Part shown: in pieces, positions 1 through 8,713 of the stretch
Layout of the letters: the number at the start of each line of letters is the position of its first letter
Position numbering within the stretch: position 1 is the first letter of the stretch
DNA from: Cylindrospermopsis curvispora GIHE-G1
GTDB taxonomy: Bacteria > Cyanobacteriota > Cyanobacteriia > Cyanobacteriales > Nostocaceae
Assembly (NCBI RefSeq): GCF_014489415.1
Contig: NZ_CP060822.1
Span: 598,311-630,310 of the forward strand
Direction of reading: 5' to 3'
DNA: 32,000 nucleotides
Notes under the pieces: model-generated
The model's database searches: none
Seen by the model: only the letters and a program-made list of their open reading frames with translations
What the model was told of the DNA's origin: nothing
Made by a program: the position numbers and the translations under genes

Positions 1-79
1 ACTACAACAGTTTTCATGAGATTACGGTTTGATCGGCACATTTTATATACGCGAAAACTTTGTCACTTTACATGAGTGG

Positions 80-2026
80 TTAATACTCATAGTCATCCAG
101 ATTGTATACTTCTAGGTCACCATCCATTGATGCACCAATTCCTGCTAGGTCAAAGTTGTCATCTGTGAGCTGAGTGATTTGTCCGGAGAAGAATTCAGCC
201 AAACTTTTAGATGCTTTAGCTACTTGACTCTCATCCCAATTAGAAACTGACCCATTGGATGTAGGTGATTGATTGGTTGTGACTACGGAATCTGGTTCCC
301 TGTTGTGTTGATGGGATGGAGTGCTTGGATGAGGGGTTAACTTATTGACTAGTGGTAGGTTACTAGCTGGATTATTAACTATTGTGTGAACCGTTTCAAT
401 TTTGGGTGATGGGGTTGGTGTGGTTGGTGGTTGATAAACACGAGTGGAATCTTCCGGTGTGGAATTTCTTCTGGTGGTGGTAGCTGGGGAGGAATTTGTC
501 TTTTCTAACTGAATCTGAATATGACGCTGAAAGGTCTGATGAAAGGCATTTTGAATAATCCCTAGGTCTGACTTACCTTTCTCGTACCATGCTTGTTTAA
601 TGCCAATCTTGGCTAAATTACCATCGAATTCTAATAGTTGACTCATCTGACGGAGCATTTCTCTCCTGGATGCTGGTTGAAGATTGGCCAGTACTTGATA
701 CCAAATTTGATTTAGGTCGTATTCGGATGATGGCGGTATTTCTTGTCTTGTTATATTGGGTGTTTTATCAGACCCATTGGGTACTGCTTCTGATGAGCTG
801 GATATAGCTTGTTCTAAACTATGAGGGTTTGGTTGTTGATACGTGTGAGATGGTGGCACATTGTAGTTAGTCCCATTCTGGTTTTGTATAGTCGGTGTAT
901 AGACTGATGGGCTAGATGGAGCTACCATAGAGTTCTGGGTAATAGGTAGTAGTCCTAGTAGTGTCACTTCTAGCCATAAACGTGGCTGGGTGGTACTCTT
1001 TAATTGCACCTCGGCTGTTCTTAATTGTTGCTGTCCACGTAAAATAAATGTTATGTCTAATTTAGCTGCAAAGCTAACTAATTGTTGCCAGGTTTCTTGA
1101 GTACAACTGACTAGATCCTGACGGCTAGAAGCAGTTTTAGCTATCAGTAAATCTCGGTAAAAAGCCCCCAGGTTTTGGAGAATAATTAGGGGTTCTCGAC
1201 CCCTGTCTAAAATCTTGCGCGTGTGATCTAATACTTTCTCACTGTCATTTTGGGCGATCGCCTGTAATAGGGCAAATAAATCCTTTTCGCTAACGGATCC
1301 GACCAGATCCCAAACCTGCTCTGGGGAAACTTCTCCGGGTAATAAAGCCAATTGGTCCAATAAACTTTCAGCATCTCGTAAACCCCCCTGAGATATTTGG
1401 GCCACTAGGGTAATAGCGTCTTGGGAAATAGGGATATTTTCATTATGAGCGATTTTAGATAAATGTTTGACCATTGCTTCCAACTGAATCCGGCGAAAGT
1501 CAAATCTTTGACAACGGGAAATAATAGTTGGCAATACTCTTTGAGGGTCAGTTGTGGCCAGGACAAAAACTACGTGTTTAGGAGGTTCCTCTAAAGTTTT
1601 AAGTAATGCGTTAAATGCTGCTGCACTTAACATGTGACACTCATCAATTACATAAACCTTGTATCGACACTGTACGGGTGCGAATTGGGCTTTTTCTATT
1701 AGTTCGCGAATATTATCTACACCCGTATTACTAGCAGCGTCAATTTCAATCACATCCAGGGAATAACCCTTGGTAATGCCTTGACAAATATCACATACAC
1801 CGCAGGGGGTGGGAGTGGGATGACCACTTTGGAGACAATTTAATGATTTGGCTAAAATCCGGGCACTGGAAGTTTTCCCCGTACCCCTGGGACCTGTAAA
1901 CAAATAAGCTGGAGCAATCTTAACCAAACTAATAGCATTTGTTAGGGTGGTGGCAATTGCTTCCTGTCCAACCAGTTCAGCAAAACTCTTGGGGCGATAC
2001 TTATGGTGTAGGGGCTCGTAGGACAT
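80..2026 (-). CDS. dnaX: DNA polymerase III subunit gamma/tau
   Basis: Walker A GPRGTGKTS, a Zn-module-like CGVCDICQ, and the clamp-loader motifs VYVIDECHML and SRCQRFDF. The ATG at 2026 (MSYEPLHHKYRPKSF) matches the usual N-terminus. The ORF extension to 2110 is probably not translated. Confidence 0.9.
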   Translation of the reverse strand: MSYEPLHHKYRPKSFAELVGQEAIATTLTNAISLVKIAPAYLFTGPRGTGKTSSARILAKSLNCLQSGHPTPTPCGVCDICQGITKGYSLDVIEIDAASNTGVDNIRELIEKAQFAPVQCRYKVYVIDECHMLSAAAFNALLKTLEEPPKHVVFVLATTDPQRVLPTIISRCQRFDFRRIQLEAMVKHLSKIAHNENIPISQDAITLVAQISQGGLRDAESLLDQLALLPGEVSPEQVWDLVGSVSEKDLFALLQAIAQNDSEKVLDHTRKILDRGREPLIILQNLGAFYRDLLIAKTASSRQDLVSCTQETWQQLVSFAAKLDITFILRGQQQLRTAEVQLKSTTQPRLWLEVTLLGLLPITQNSMVAPSSPSVYTPTIQNQNGTNYNVPPSHTYQQPNPHSLEQAISSSSEAVPNGSDKTPNITRQEIPPSSEYDLNQIWYQVLANLQPASRREMLRQMSQLLEFDGNLAKIGIKQAWYEKGKSDLGIIQNAFHQTFQRHIQIQLEKTNSSPATTTRRNSTPEDSTRVYQPPTTPTPSPKIETVHTIVNNPASNLPLVNKLTPHPSTPSHQHNREPDSVVTTNQSPTSNGSVSNWDESQVAKASKSLAEFFSGQITQLTDDNFDLAGIGASMDGDLEVYNLDDYEY

Positions 2027-2331
2027 GGGTAGTCTAGTTTCTATACCAGAATATAATTGAAATTCGACCAGTGAATAGGCTTTAATTCTAGGCAATTGTG
2101 AAACAAACATTATCAGTAAAGATTTAACCGTGTTAAACCTATTTAGTAGAAAACTACAGAAATGGGAGATTCTAATCGGATGCTGCCCAACGATTATAAC
2201 TCACTCTTGAGAAATAGGTTTTCCAACAAAATTTTTGATTTAAAGGAGGTTCCAGAACTCCTACCTGGCTAAAGCTATATAATGTTTACCGGATTGTGTC
2301 AATAAAGGTAAACCTTTGCTTCCAAAATTAA

Positions 2332-2976
2332 ATGATAGAACAGATGTTAAACCGTGTAGTTAAATGGCTTAAACAAATTCTAAAAAGAGTGTTTCAAGCC
2401 TTGTCTTGTCAAAGACGTAGATCTAGCCAGTCGCCACAAAATGGTGAGGAAAAGACTATACCACCCCTAAGTGACACAGATTTAGAATTTTTGTTCACAG
2501 AACTGTTGGCAGGGGTTCGTCAGGCCAAGGGACGCACCTGGGCGCGAAACTGGTTACATCAAATTGAACATCGGGTCACTACTGAGCGATGGTTAGACTG
2601 GTTAGGCAAGTTTGGTAATAAATTATTAAATTCCAAAAATCCCCACAACGAGATAGCATCTCGTCTAGTACAGTTAGGGGAGTTAGATGTGGGTGAGGTA
2701 GGTGATCTAGCCTATGAGGTAGGCATGGAGCTATTAACCCGGACTCCCATAGAACCAATATGGGAATATGACGGACCTGACAGGGAAGTAGTAGAAAGTC
2801 CAGCAGAGGAAAACCTATCCCCAGGAGAACAAATAGTAACTCAGGATGATTTATTGGCTATTTTACGGGAAAATGAACCCCTGCGCCGACAAATATCCCA
2901 AAATCTACAAATAGACTCAGATGATCCCCAGGTGATTCTTGAGGGTATAATCAACCAAGGAAAAGAAAATCTCTAA
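2332..2976 (+). CDS. hypothetical protein (214 aa, acidic C-terminal half)
   Basis: Long ORF with an ATG start, divergent from dnaX. I recognise no motif. Confidence 0.55.
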   Translation: MIEQMLNRVVKWLKQILKRVFQALSCQRRRSSQSPQNGEEKTIPPLSDTDLEFLFTELLAGVRQAKGRTWARNWLHQIEHRVTTERWLDWLGKFGNKLLNSKNPHNEIASRLVQLGELDVGEVGDLAYEVGMELLTRTPIEPIWEYDGPDREVVESPAEENLSPGEQIVTQDDLLAILRENEPLRRQISQNLQIDSDDPQVILEGIINQGKENL

Positions 2977-3262
2977 GTGGCTTGGGCTACCAACCTCCCA
3001 GACTTTTTATTTGTTGTCCAAGAGTTGGAAAAAATTTTTAGATGTGATAGAATAATCTATCTGGAAGATAATATGTGTAAGCCTAGCTTCCGGGCTAGGA
3101 TCAGGTAAGGATGTAAGTGTAGATTTACAAGGAACTGGCAAAGGACCCCCCTGTGGGATAGCTTAACTAGTTTTTTGCTACACTATAAACAATCGCCTTA
3201 TGGCATATAGATCGTTAACTTTGACAAAAACTTACGGAGACTAGAACCAGGAACAAATCAGC

Positions 3263-4294
3263 ATGGTCAATCAGAACTTAACCGCCAAAGAAATTGGATT
3301 TACTCACGAAGATTTCGCTGCTCTACTTGATAAGTACGATTATCACTTCAGCCCTGGTGATATTGTACCAGGTACAGTGTTTAGTATAGAGCCGCGTGGC
3401 GCTCTGATTGACATTGGTGCTAAAACAGCAGCATACATACCTATACAGGAAATGTCTATTAACCGGGTGGATGCCCCGGAAGAGGTCTTACAATCAAATG
3501 AAACGCGGGAATTTTTCATTCTCACTGATGAAAACGAAGATGGTCAGTTGACTCTGTCTATTCGTCGTATTGAATACATGAGAGCATGGGAAAGAGTGCG
3601 GCAATTACAGAAAGAAGATGCCACTGTCCGTTCTGATGTTTTTGCGACTAATCGTGGCGGTGCATTAGTACGAATCGAGGGACTCAGGGGTTTCATTCCC
3701 GGTTCCCATATTAGCACTCGCAAGCCCAAAGAAGAACTAGTAGGGGAACAATTGCCCTTAAAATTCCTAGAAGTGGATGAGGAGCGTAACCGCTTGGTCC
3801 TCTCCCATCGTCGGGCACTGGTTGAACGTAAGATGAACCGCTTGGAAGTGGGAGAGGTAGTAATTGGCACTGTTCGCGGCATCAAACCTTACGGTGCATT
3901 TATTGATATTGGTGGTGTAAGCGGACTACTGCACATCTCTGAAATATCTCAGGAACATATAGACACGCCCCATAGTGTATTTAATGTAAATGACGAAGTC
4001 AAAGTCATGATCATTGATTTAGATGCTGAGAGAGGTCGTATTTCTCTATCTACCAAGCAATTGGAGCCTGAACCCGGGGACATGATTAAGAATCGTGATT
4101 TAGTCTATGACAAGGCTGAAGAAATGGCAGCTAAGTATAGGGAACAAATGTTAGCTAAACAGCAGGGTATTGCCGTTGCACCAGTGGAAGGAGCGGAAAC
4201 CGCACCGGTGGAACAACTAGAAGTAGTTGCCCAAACAGAAGTTCCACCAGCAATTGAAGTGGAAGAAGAAATCCCGTTGGCCGTTGAAGAGTAA
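3263..4294 (+). CDS. rpsA: 30S ribosomal protein S1 (short cyanobacterial form with three S1 domains)
   Basis: Repeated S1/OB signatures: GxVxG...GALIDIG, GFIPGSHIS, GAFIDIGGVSGLLHISE. The C-terminal tail is acidic. Confidence 0.9.
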   Translation: MVNQNLTAKEIGFTHEDFAALLDKYDYHFSPGDIVPGTVFSIEPRGALIDIGAKTAAYIPIQEMSINRVDAPEEVLQSNETREFFILTDENEDGQLTLSIRRIEYMRAWERVRQLQKEDATVRSDVFATNRGGALVRIEGLRGFIPGSHISTRKPKEELVGEQLPLKFLEVDEERNRLVLSHRRALVERKMNRLEVGEVVIGTVRGIKPYGAFIDIGGVSGLLHISEISQEHIDTPHSVFNVNDEVKVMIIDLDAERGRISLSTKQLEPEPGDMIKNRDLVYDKAEEMAAKYREQMLAKQQGIAVAPVEGAETAPVEQLEVVAQTEVPPAIEVEEEIPLAVEE

Positions 4295-4332
4295 CATATC
4301 TGTTGTGGTTATCTACAACAAAACACTTAAAC

Positions 4333-4360
4333 AAGAGGGTAACTCCCCTCTTTTTTGTTT
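4333..4360 (+). terminator. rho-independent terminator after rpsA
   Basis: Perfect 7-bp stem aagaggg/ccctctt (4333-4339 and 4346-4352) with a 6-nt loop, followed by ttttgtttt. Confidence 0.6.
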
Positions 4361-4412
4361 TGCTAACTGGCATTGTTAATCTTAATTAATCTTATAGGGG
4401 TTAGGCTCTAAC

Positions 4413-5147
4413 ATGGCTACTATTAAATGTGGTGAGGTTGTATTTTCAGATATTCAGGCAGTTTTATTCGATAAAAACGGTACTTTAGAAGACTCAGAAG
4501 ATTTTCTAAGATCCCTAGGTCAAAAAGCAGTAAGACTAATAGACGCACAAATTCCCGGTATTGGGGAACCATTGTCAATGGCATTGGGGATTAGTGGAGA
4601 TGTTTTAGATTTAACAGGTTTAATGGCCGTAGCCAGTCGTAAGGAAACGGAAATTGCTGCTGCTGCTTACATTGCTGAAACTGGTAGGGGATGGTTTGAT
4701 TGTTTAAAAATTGCCCGTCAAGCTTTAGAAGAAGCTCATGAATATATTGGACAAAACCCATCCCCTTTATATCCAGGAGTTTTAGATCTGTTTGAGTTAT
4801 TATCATCCCGGGGAATAAAACTGGGGATTCTTTCAGCTGCGACCACTAGAGGAGTGGAGCAGTTTGTCACCTGTTATGGTTTGAGAGACTATCTAGAATT
4901 AGAAATGGGGGTGGATGAAGGCCTTGGTAAACCAGATCCTAGATTGTTTCTACAAGCTTGTGAGACCCTAGGTGTGCAGCCTCAAAATGCTTTAATGGTA
5001 GGGGATTCTATAGGTGATATGCAAATGGCACGAGATGCTAAAGCAGGGGGTTGTATAGGGATTATCTGGAACAATAACTTGGCACAGGTAAGGGGAGCGG
5101 ATGTGGTTATCCATCAACTTACTGACATCCGAGTTTTAACTGATTAA
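4413..5147 (+). CDS. HAD-superfamily hydrolase (phosphoglycolate-phosphatase-like)
   Basis: HAD motifs: I is LFDKNGTL, II is ILSAAT, III is GKPDP and IV is GDSIGD. Confidence 0.8.
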   Translation: MATIKCGEVVFSDIQAVLFDKNGTLEDSEDFLRSLGQKAVRLIDAQIPGIGEPLSMALGISGDVLDLTGLMAVASRKETEIAAAAYIAETGRGWFDCLKIARQALEEAHEYIGQNPSPLYPGVLDLFELLSSRGIKLGILSAATTRGVEQFVTCYGLRDYLELEMGVDEGLGKPDPRLFLQACETLGVQPQNALMVGDSIGDMQMARDAKAGGCIGIIWNNNLAQVRGADVVIHQLTDIRVLTD

Positions 5148-5166
5148 TGGTGGTGATTTGGAAATC

Positions 5167-6378
5167 TCACGGTTTCAATCCAGCAATTTTCTGGACAAAA
5201 TAACCCTCTTGGTATTTTAATTCTCGGGCAATTTTTAATCCCTGCTCAAAAGCTATTAAAGCGTTGGCACTTTCTTCTTTCTGTAAATAAATATCCCCTA
5301 GTTGATCATAGGCTTGCATTAGCCCGTAATAATTTCTGGCTAGGGTTTGGGTTTCTAGTAGAATTTTACTAGCTTGTAATGCTTCTCGAGTTTGATTTTG
5401 GGAACGATAAAGATCAATTAGTTTTTCTAATGCTTCACCAGCACTTAGATACATTTGTAATTGCCAGGCAATAATATAAGCCTCTTGATAACTGTTTAAT
5501 GCTGGTTGGAGAAAGGAAGGATTTTTCGGGATTAGGGACTGATAATTTTCTGCTATTGCTATTTTTAAGCGGGGAATTGCCCCCTGTTTGTCTTGTTGAT
5601 TGTAAATTGATGCCAACTCATTGAGTATGTTAATTGCTTTAAGGGGTTGTTTGCTTTGTTCGAAAATATAAGCCAGTTGTTGTAGGTATTTTAATTGGCT
5701 GGTTTTATCACCTCTATTTGCTGCTAAATTCAGTAGTTCTTGATATGTAATAGCTGCTTGGGAATAATTAAACCAGTTGAGATGTAGCTCACCTATTTGA
5801 TTGAGAGTTTCCACCTCACCAACAGGGTCGTTATCACGTTTGACCAAACCTAGAACCTGCTCATAAACCTTCACTGCTAACTGGGGAGAACGCAAATTTT
5901 GATATGCTACCCCTAGCGATCGCCATAATTGTAAATCAGCACTTTTTTCATTCCGTAACTGGGTTTCAATTTTCCGTAAGCTCTCCGTGATATACTGTAC
6001 TTGTTGTGGATTATTTTCTCCCCAGGCAATTGCACCTACTCTTGATATTGCTTGTACCTGTGATAACAGTCCTAAGAATCGCCTTAGTCGCAATTCTCGA
6101 TTCCATATAGAAAAAGCAGTTTCTTGATCTCCACTTTCTAACCTGATTGTAGCCTGTTGATTCAACTCATCTAAGGCGGCTTCTAAGGTTTTTAATTCTT
6201 CCGTGGTTAATGGTTTTTTTTTGACAGAACTCCTAATGAGGGAGTCTGGTATATTAATTTCTAAGGGATTGGGGGAAAACTTATCTATTGTTGGTTTTCG
6301 ATTTTGTGCCAATGTGACAAAAGTGGACAAATGGCAGATAATGATACTAACTATTACATACTTTAATGATTTGAGCAT
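5167..6378 (-). CDS. secreted tetratricopeptide-repeat protein
   Basis: N-terminal hydrophobic signal (VIVSIIICHLSTFVTLAQN) followed by repeated TPR-like A/Y/L patterns across the protein. Confidence 0.7.
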   Translation of the reverse strand: MLKSLKYVIVSIIICHLSTFVTLAQNRKPTIDKFSPNPLEINIPDSLIRSSVKKKPLTTEELKTLEAALDELNQQATIRLESGDQETAFSIWNRELRLRRFLGLLSQVQAISRVGAIAWGENNPQQVQYITESLRKIETQLRNEKSADLQLWRSLGVAYQNLRSPQLAVKVYEQVLGLVKRDNDPVGEVETLNQIGELHLNWFNYSQAAITYQELLNLAANRGDKTSQLKYLQQLAYIFEQSKQPLKAINILNELASIYNQQDKQGAIPRLKIAIAENYQSLIPKNPSFLQPALNSYQEAYIIAWQLQMYLSAGEALEKLIDLYRSQNQTREALQASKILLETQTLARNYYGLMQAYDQLGDIYLQKEESANALIAFEQGLKIARELKYQEGYFVQKIAGLKP

Positions 6379-6435
6379 AAAGCACCCATCTCCTGTAAAT
6401 AAACCGTGAAATTACCATATTTAGGCCTATCCCTT

Positions 6436-7215
6436 ATGAGTAAACTCATCCCCGCCCTGAGCATCAAAAATTTTAACTTTTATTACAACAGTCGAAAAAT
6501 CCTTGAGGGCGTATCAATGAATATATCTCAAAACAAGATCACAGCCATGATTGGGCCTAGCGGGTGTGGTAAATCGACTTTTCTAAAATCTCTTAACCGT
6601 ATGAGTGAACTAGAAGGAGAAGTGAAATTAGAAGGGACAGTAGAATTTTTTGGACAAAATATCTATGGTAAACGGGTAAATTTAAATCGTCTTCGCCGTC
6701 AGATTAGTATAATCTATGCCATACCAAATCTTTTCCCCATGAGCATCTATGACAATGTGGTCTACGGGGTGAAATTAATTGGCTGGCGTCCCAAAGCAGA
6801 ATTAGATGAAATAGTAGAGATGGCACTCAAGAAGGCAAATATTTGGGAGGAGTTGAAAAATAAACTGCACAAATCGGCCTTAGAATTGTCTATGGGACAA
6901 CAACAAATACTTTGTATTGCCCGATCCCTAGCTGTAAAACCACAGGTACTATTAATAGATGAATTTTGTCTGGGACTAGACCCCATTGCCATTAGAAAGA
7001 TGGAAGAACTCATAGAGTGTTTGCGATCAGAGTTAACAATTGTCTTTATTTCTCACAATATACAGCAGGTTTTACGACTATCAGATTTTACTGCCATATT
7101 TCAATACAATCAAAATCATATTGGGAAGCTGGCGGATTTTGGTCCTAGCAAAAGAATCATAGCCAATAGTTTTCACTATCGGACTCGGGATTCTATAGGT
7201 GGCTATTGGCGATAA
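6436..7215 (+). CDS. PstB-like ABC ATPase, divergent and without transporter partners
   Basis: Strong PstB-type blocks: IGPSGCGKSTFLKSLNRM, FPMSIYDNVVYG and SHNIQQV. The Q-loop, signature motif and residues after Walker B are altered. The ATG at 6436 is preferred over the GTG at 6406. Confidence 0.75.
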   Translation: MSKLIPALSIKNFNFYYNSRKILEGVSMNISQNKITAMIGPSGCGKSTFLKSLNRMSELEGEVKLEGTVEFFGQNIYGKRVNLNRLRRQISIIYAIPNLFPMSIYDNVVYGVKLIGWRPKAELDEIVEMALKKANIWEELKNKLHKSALELSMGQQQILCIARSLAVKPQVLLIDEFCLGLDPIAIRKMEELIECLRSELTIVFISHNIQQVLRLSDFTAIFQYNQNHIGKLADFGPSKRIIANSFHYRTRDSIGGYWR

Positions 7216-7223
7216 GGTAGGTT

Positions 7224-7781
7224 TTAATATTTTAGGAACAAAAAGGAACGAGCTAAGAAAAAGCTGGTAATAGTTTTGGCATCTATATGCTCTCCCCTAT
7301 CAATAGCAGCTTCCAATTCTTCAGGGGTTAAAAATACGGTTTCAATATCTTCGTCTTCATCTTGCTGGGGGGGTGTTTCCAGTTTTTCTAAATCCCGAGC
7401 TAAAAAAGCATAGATAATTTCATCGGAATAACCAGGGGCTAGGAAAAATTCTCCTAACTTGTGCCACTGATGAGCTTTGTAACCAATTTCTTCTTGAATT
7501 TCTCTTTGTACTGTTGTCAAGGGCTTTTCATTGGGTTCCACAGTACCAGCGGGAAATTCTAACAACCTTCCCTGAACTGCAAAACGATATTGGCGCACCA
7601 GAATTAATTTGCCATCATCAGTAACTGGGATGGCTAAAGCACCACCGGGATGACGAATACACTCCCATTCTCCTTCTGACTTGTTAGGTAACCGTAAACG
7701 ACTCACTTCAAAGTCGAATTTGCGACCCTTATGGAATAAACGCTGCTTAAGCAACTGTGGCAATTCTCTACCTAATGGCAT
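7224..7781 (-). CDS. NUDIX hydrolase (ADP-ribose pyrophosphatase-like)
   Basis: Nudix box GTVEPNEKPLTTVQREIQEEIGY. Confidence 0.85.
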   Translation of the reverse strand: MPLGRELPQLLKQRLFHKGRKFDFEVSRLRLPNKSEGEWECIRHPGGALAIPVTDDGKLILVRQYRFAVQGRLLEFPAGTVEPNEKPLTTVQREIQEEIGYKAHQWHKLGEFFLAPGYSDEIIYAFLARDLEKLETPPQQDEDEDIETVFLTPEELEAAIDRGEHIDAKTITSFFLARSFLFLKY

Positions 7782-7875
7782 AATAAAGTTCTAATTTTGG
7801 CAACTACTAGGAATACATACGGGGAGTAAGTGGTACAATCAGGGTCTTTCTGCGGATAATAATTTTCACAGCTGG

Positions 7876-8370
7876 TCAAGCACCACTAACCAAGTGTACA
7901 TCAGAATGGTCTACATTTCTCAATAGATTCCTAATTGTCATTCCAGATATGGGATCTTGCCAATCTCCAGCAATTTCTTCTAAGGGAACTAACACAAAAC
8001 CTCGTTCATACATTCGGGGATGGGGAATTTGCAGGTTAGACTGATTTAAAATTAGGTTATCATACATTAACAAGTCCAAATCTAGGGTTCTTGCTCCCCA
8101 ACGTTCTAGACGCACGCGACCGAACTTTTGTTCTAATGCCAATAAGCTAGCTAATAGATCCTGAGGTGACATTGTCACCTCAAGTATGGCACAAGCATTT
8201 AAATAATCTGGTTGAGGTGGCCCTACAGCCTTAGTTCTATAGAAACTAGATCTAGCTTTTATAAGTAAGTCTGGGGTTTGGGATAATGTATCTAAACATG
8301 CTGATAAGATTTTGGCTGAATCGCCCAGGTTACTGCCTAGGGCAATTGCAGTTTTATGAGTACTCCCCAT
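7876..8370 (-). CDS. folK: 2-amino-4-hydroxy-6-hydroxymethyldihydropteridine diphosphokinase
   Basis: HPPK motifs: IALGSNLG, RTLDLDLL and HPRMYERGFVLVPL. The ATG at 8370 is preferred over the TTG at 8391. Confidence 0.85.
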   Translation of the reverse strand: MGSTHKTAIALGSNLGDSAKILSACLDTLSQTPDLLIKARSSFYRTKAVGPPQPDYLNACAILEVTMSPQDLLASLLALEQKFGRVRLERWGARTLDLDLLMYDNLILNQSNLQIPHPRMYERGFVLVPLEEIAGDWQDPISGMTIRNLLRNVDHSDVHLVSGA

Positions 8371-8418
8371 GTTAACTAGGTCCAAAACCAAGGTTCGGTG
8401 AGTTTTGATCAGTTTTGA

Positions 8419-8613
8419 TTATTCCTTATCAATCTTGGGAACAAAATCAGGACGATCCTTACTTTCCCAACCTGGGGGACGTTTAGAATTGTACCAAGCG
8501 ATTGAACCAATAGTAACCGCAGCAACAAAGCCAACCACATAGACTAAGGTGAAGGCCAATGGAAACTGATTACCAGCGGCCACGGGCGCTGCTTCTAGTA
8601 ATATTAAACTCAT
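8419..8613 (-). CDS. small single-pass membrane protein (64 aa), possibly a photosystem-associated small subunit
   Basis: One hydrophobic helix (LAFTLVYVVGFVAAVTIGSIAW) followed by a charged tail (YNSKRPPGWESKDRPDFVPK). Family assignment is uncertain. Confidence 0.55.
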   Translation of the reverse strand: MSLILLEAAPVAAGNQFPLAFTLVYVVGFVAAVTIGSIAWYNSKRPPGWESKDRPDFVPKIDKE

Positions 8614-8713
8614 GAGTGTTTTATCCCACTGTTTACAATATATGATTTTACTATAACTTTACCGAAAATCAAAGGATGAAAGCTCCTGCATTCATGGATG
8701 GGGACGAAATCGT

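Noticed and set aside
80-2026. Programmed -1 frameshift site in dnaX (as in the E. coli tau/gamma split)
   Set aside because: I found no A AAA AAG-type slippery heptamer with a downstream hairpin in the gene on reading the minus strand.
2027-2110. N-terminal extensions in the ORF track (dnaX to 2110, folK to 8391, dnaN from 16806, COP23 paralogs to 25275 and 28104, lipoprotein to 14152)
   Set aside because: Internal ATGs give N-termini that match family expectations or proper signal peptides, and have better Shine-Dalgarno contexts. Several of the extended starts are TTG or GTG.
3343-4373. Antisense ORFs within rpsA (3343-3525, 3544-3885, 4155-4373), and similar ones inside rsmB, dnaN, the proteases and the beta-helix gene
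   Set aside because: They lie opposite strongly supported genes, have low-complexity or biased composition, and carry no recognisable motifs.
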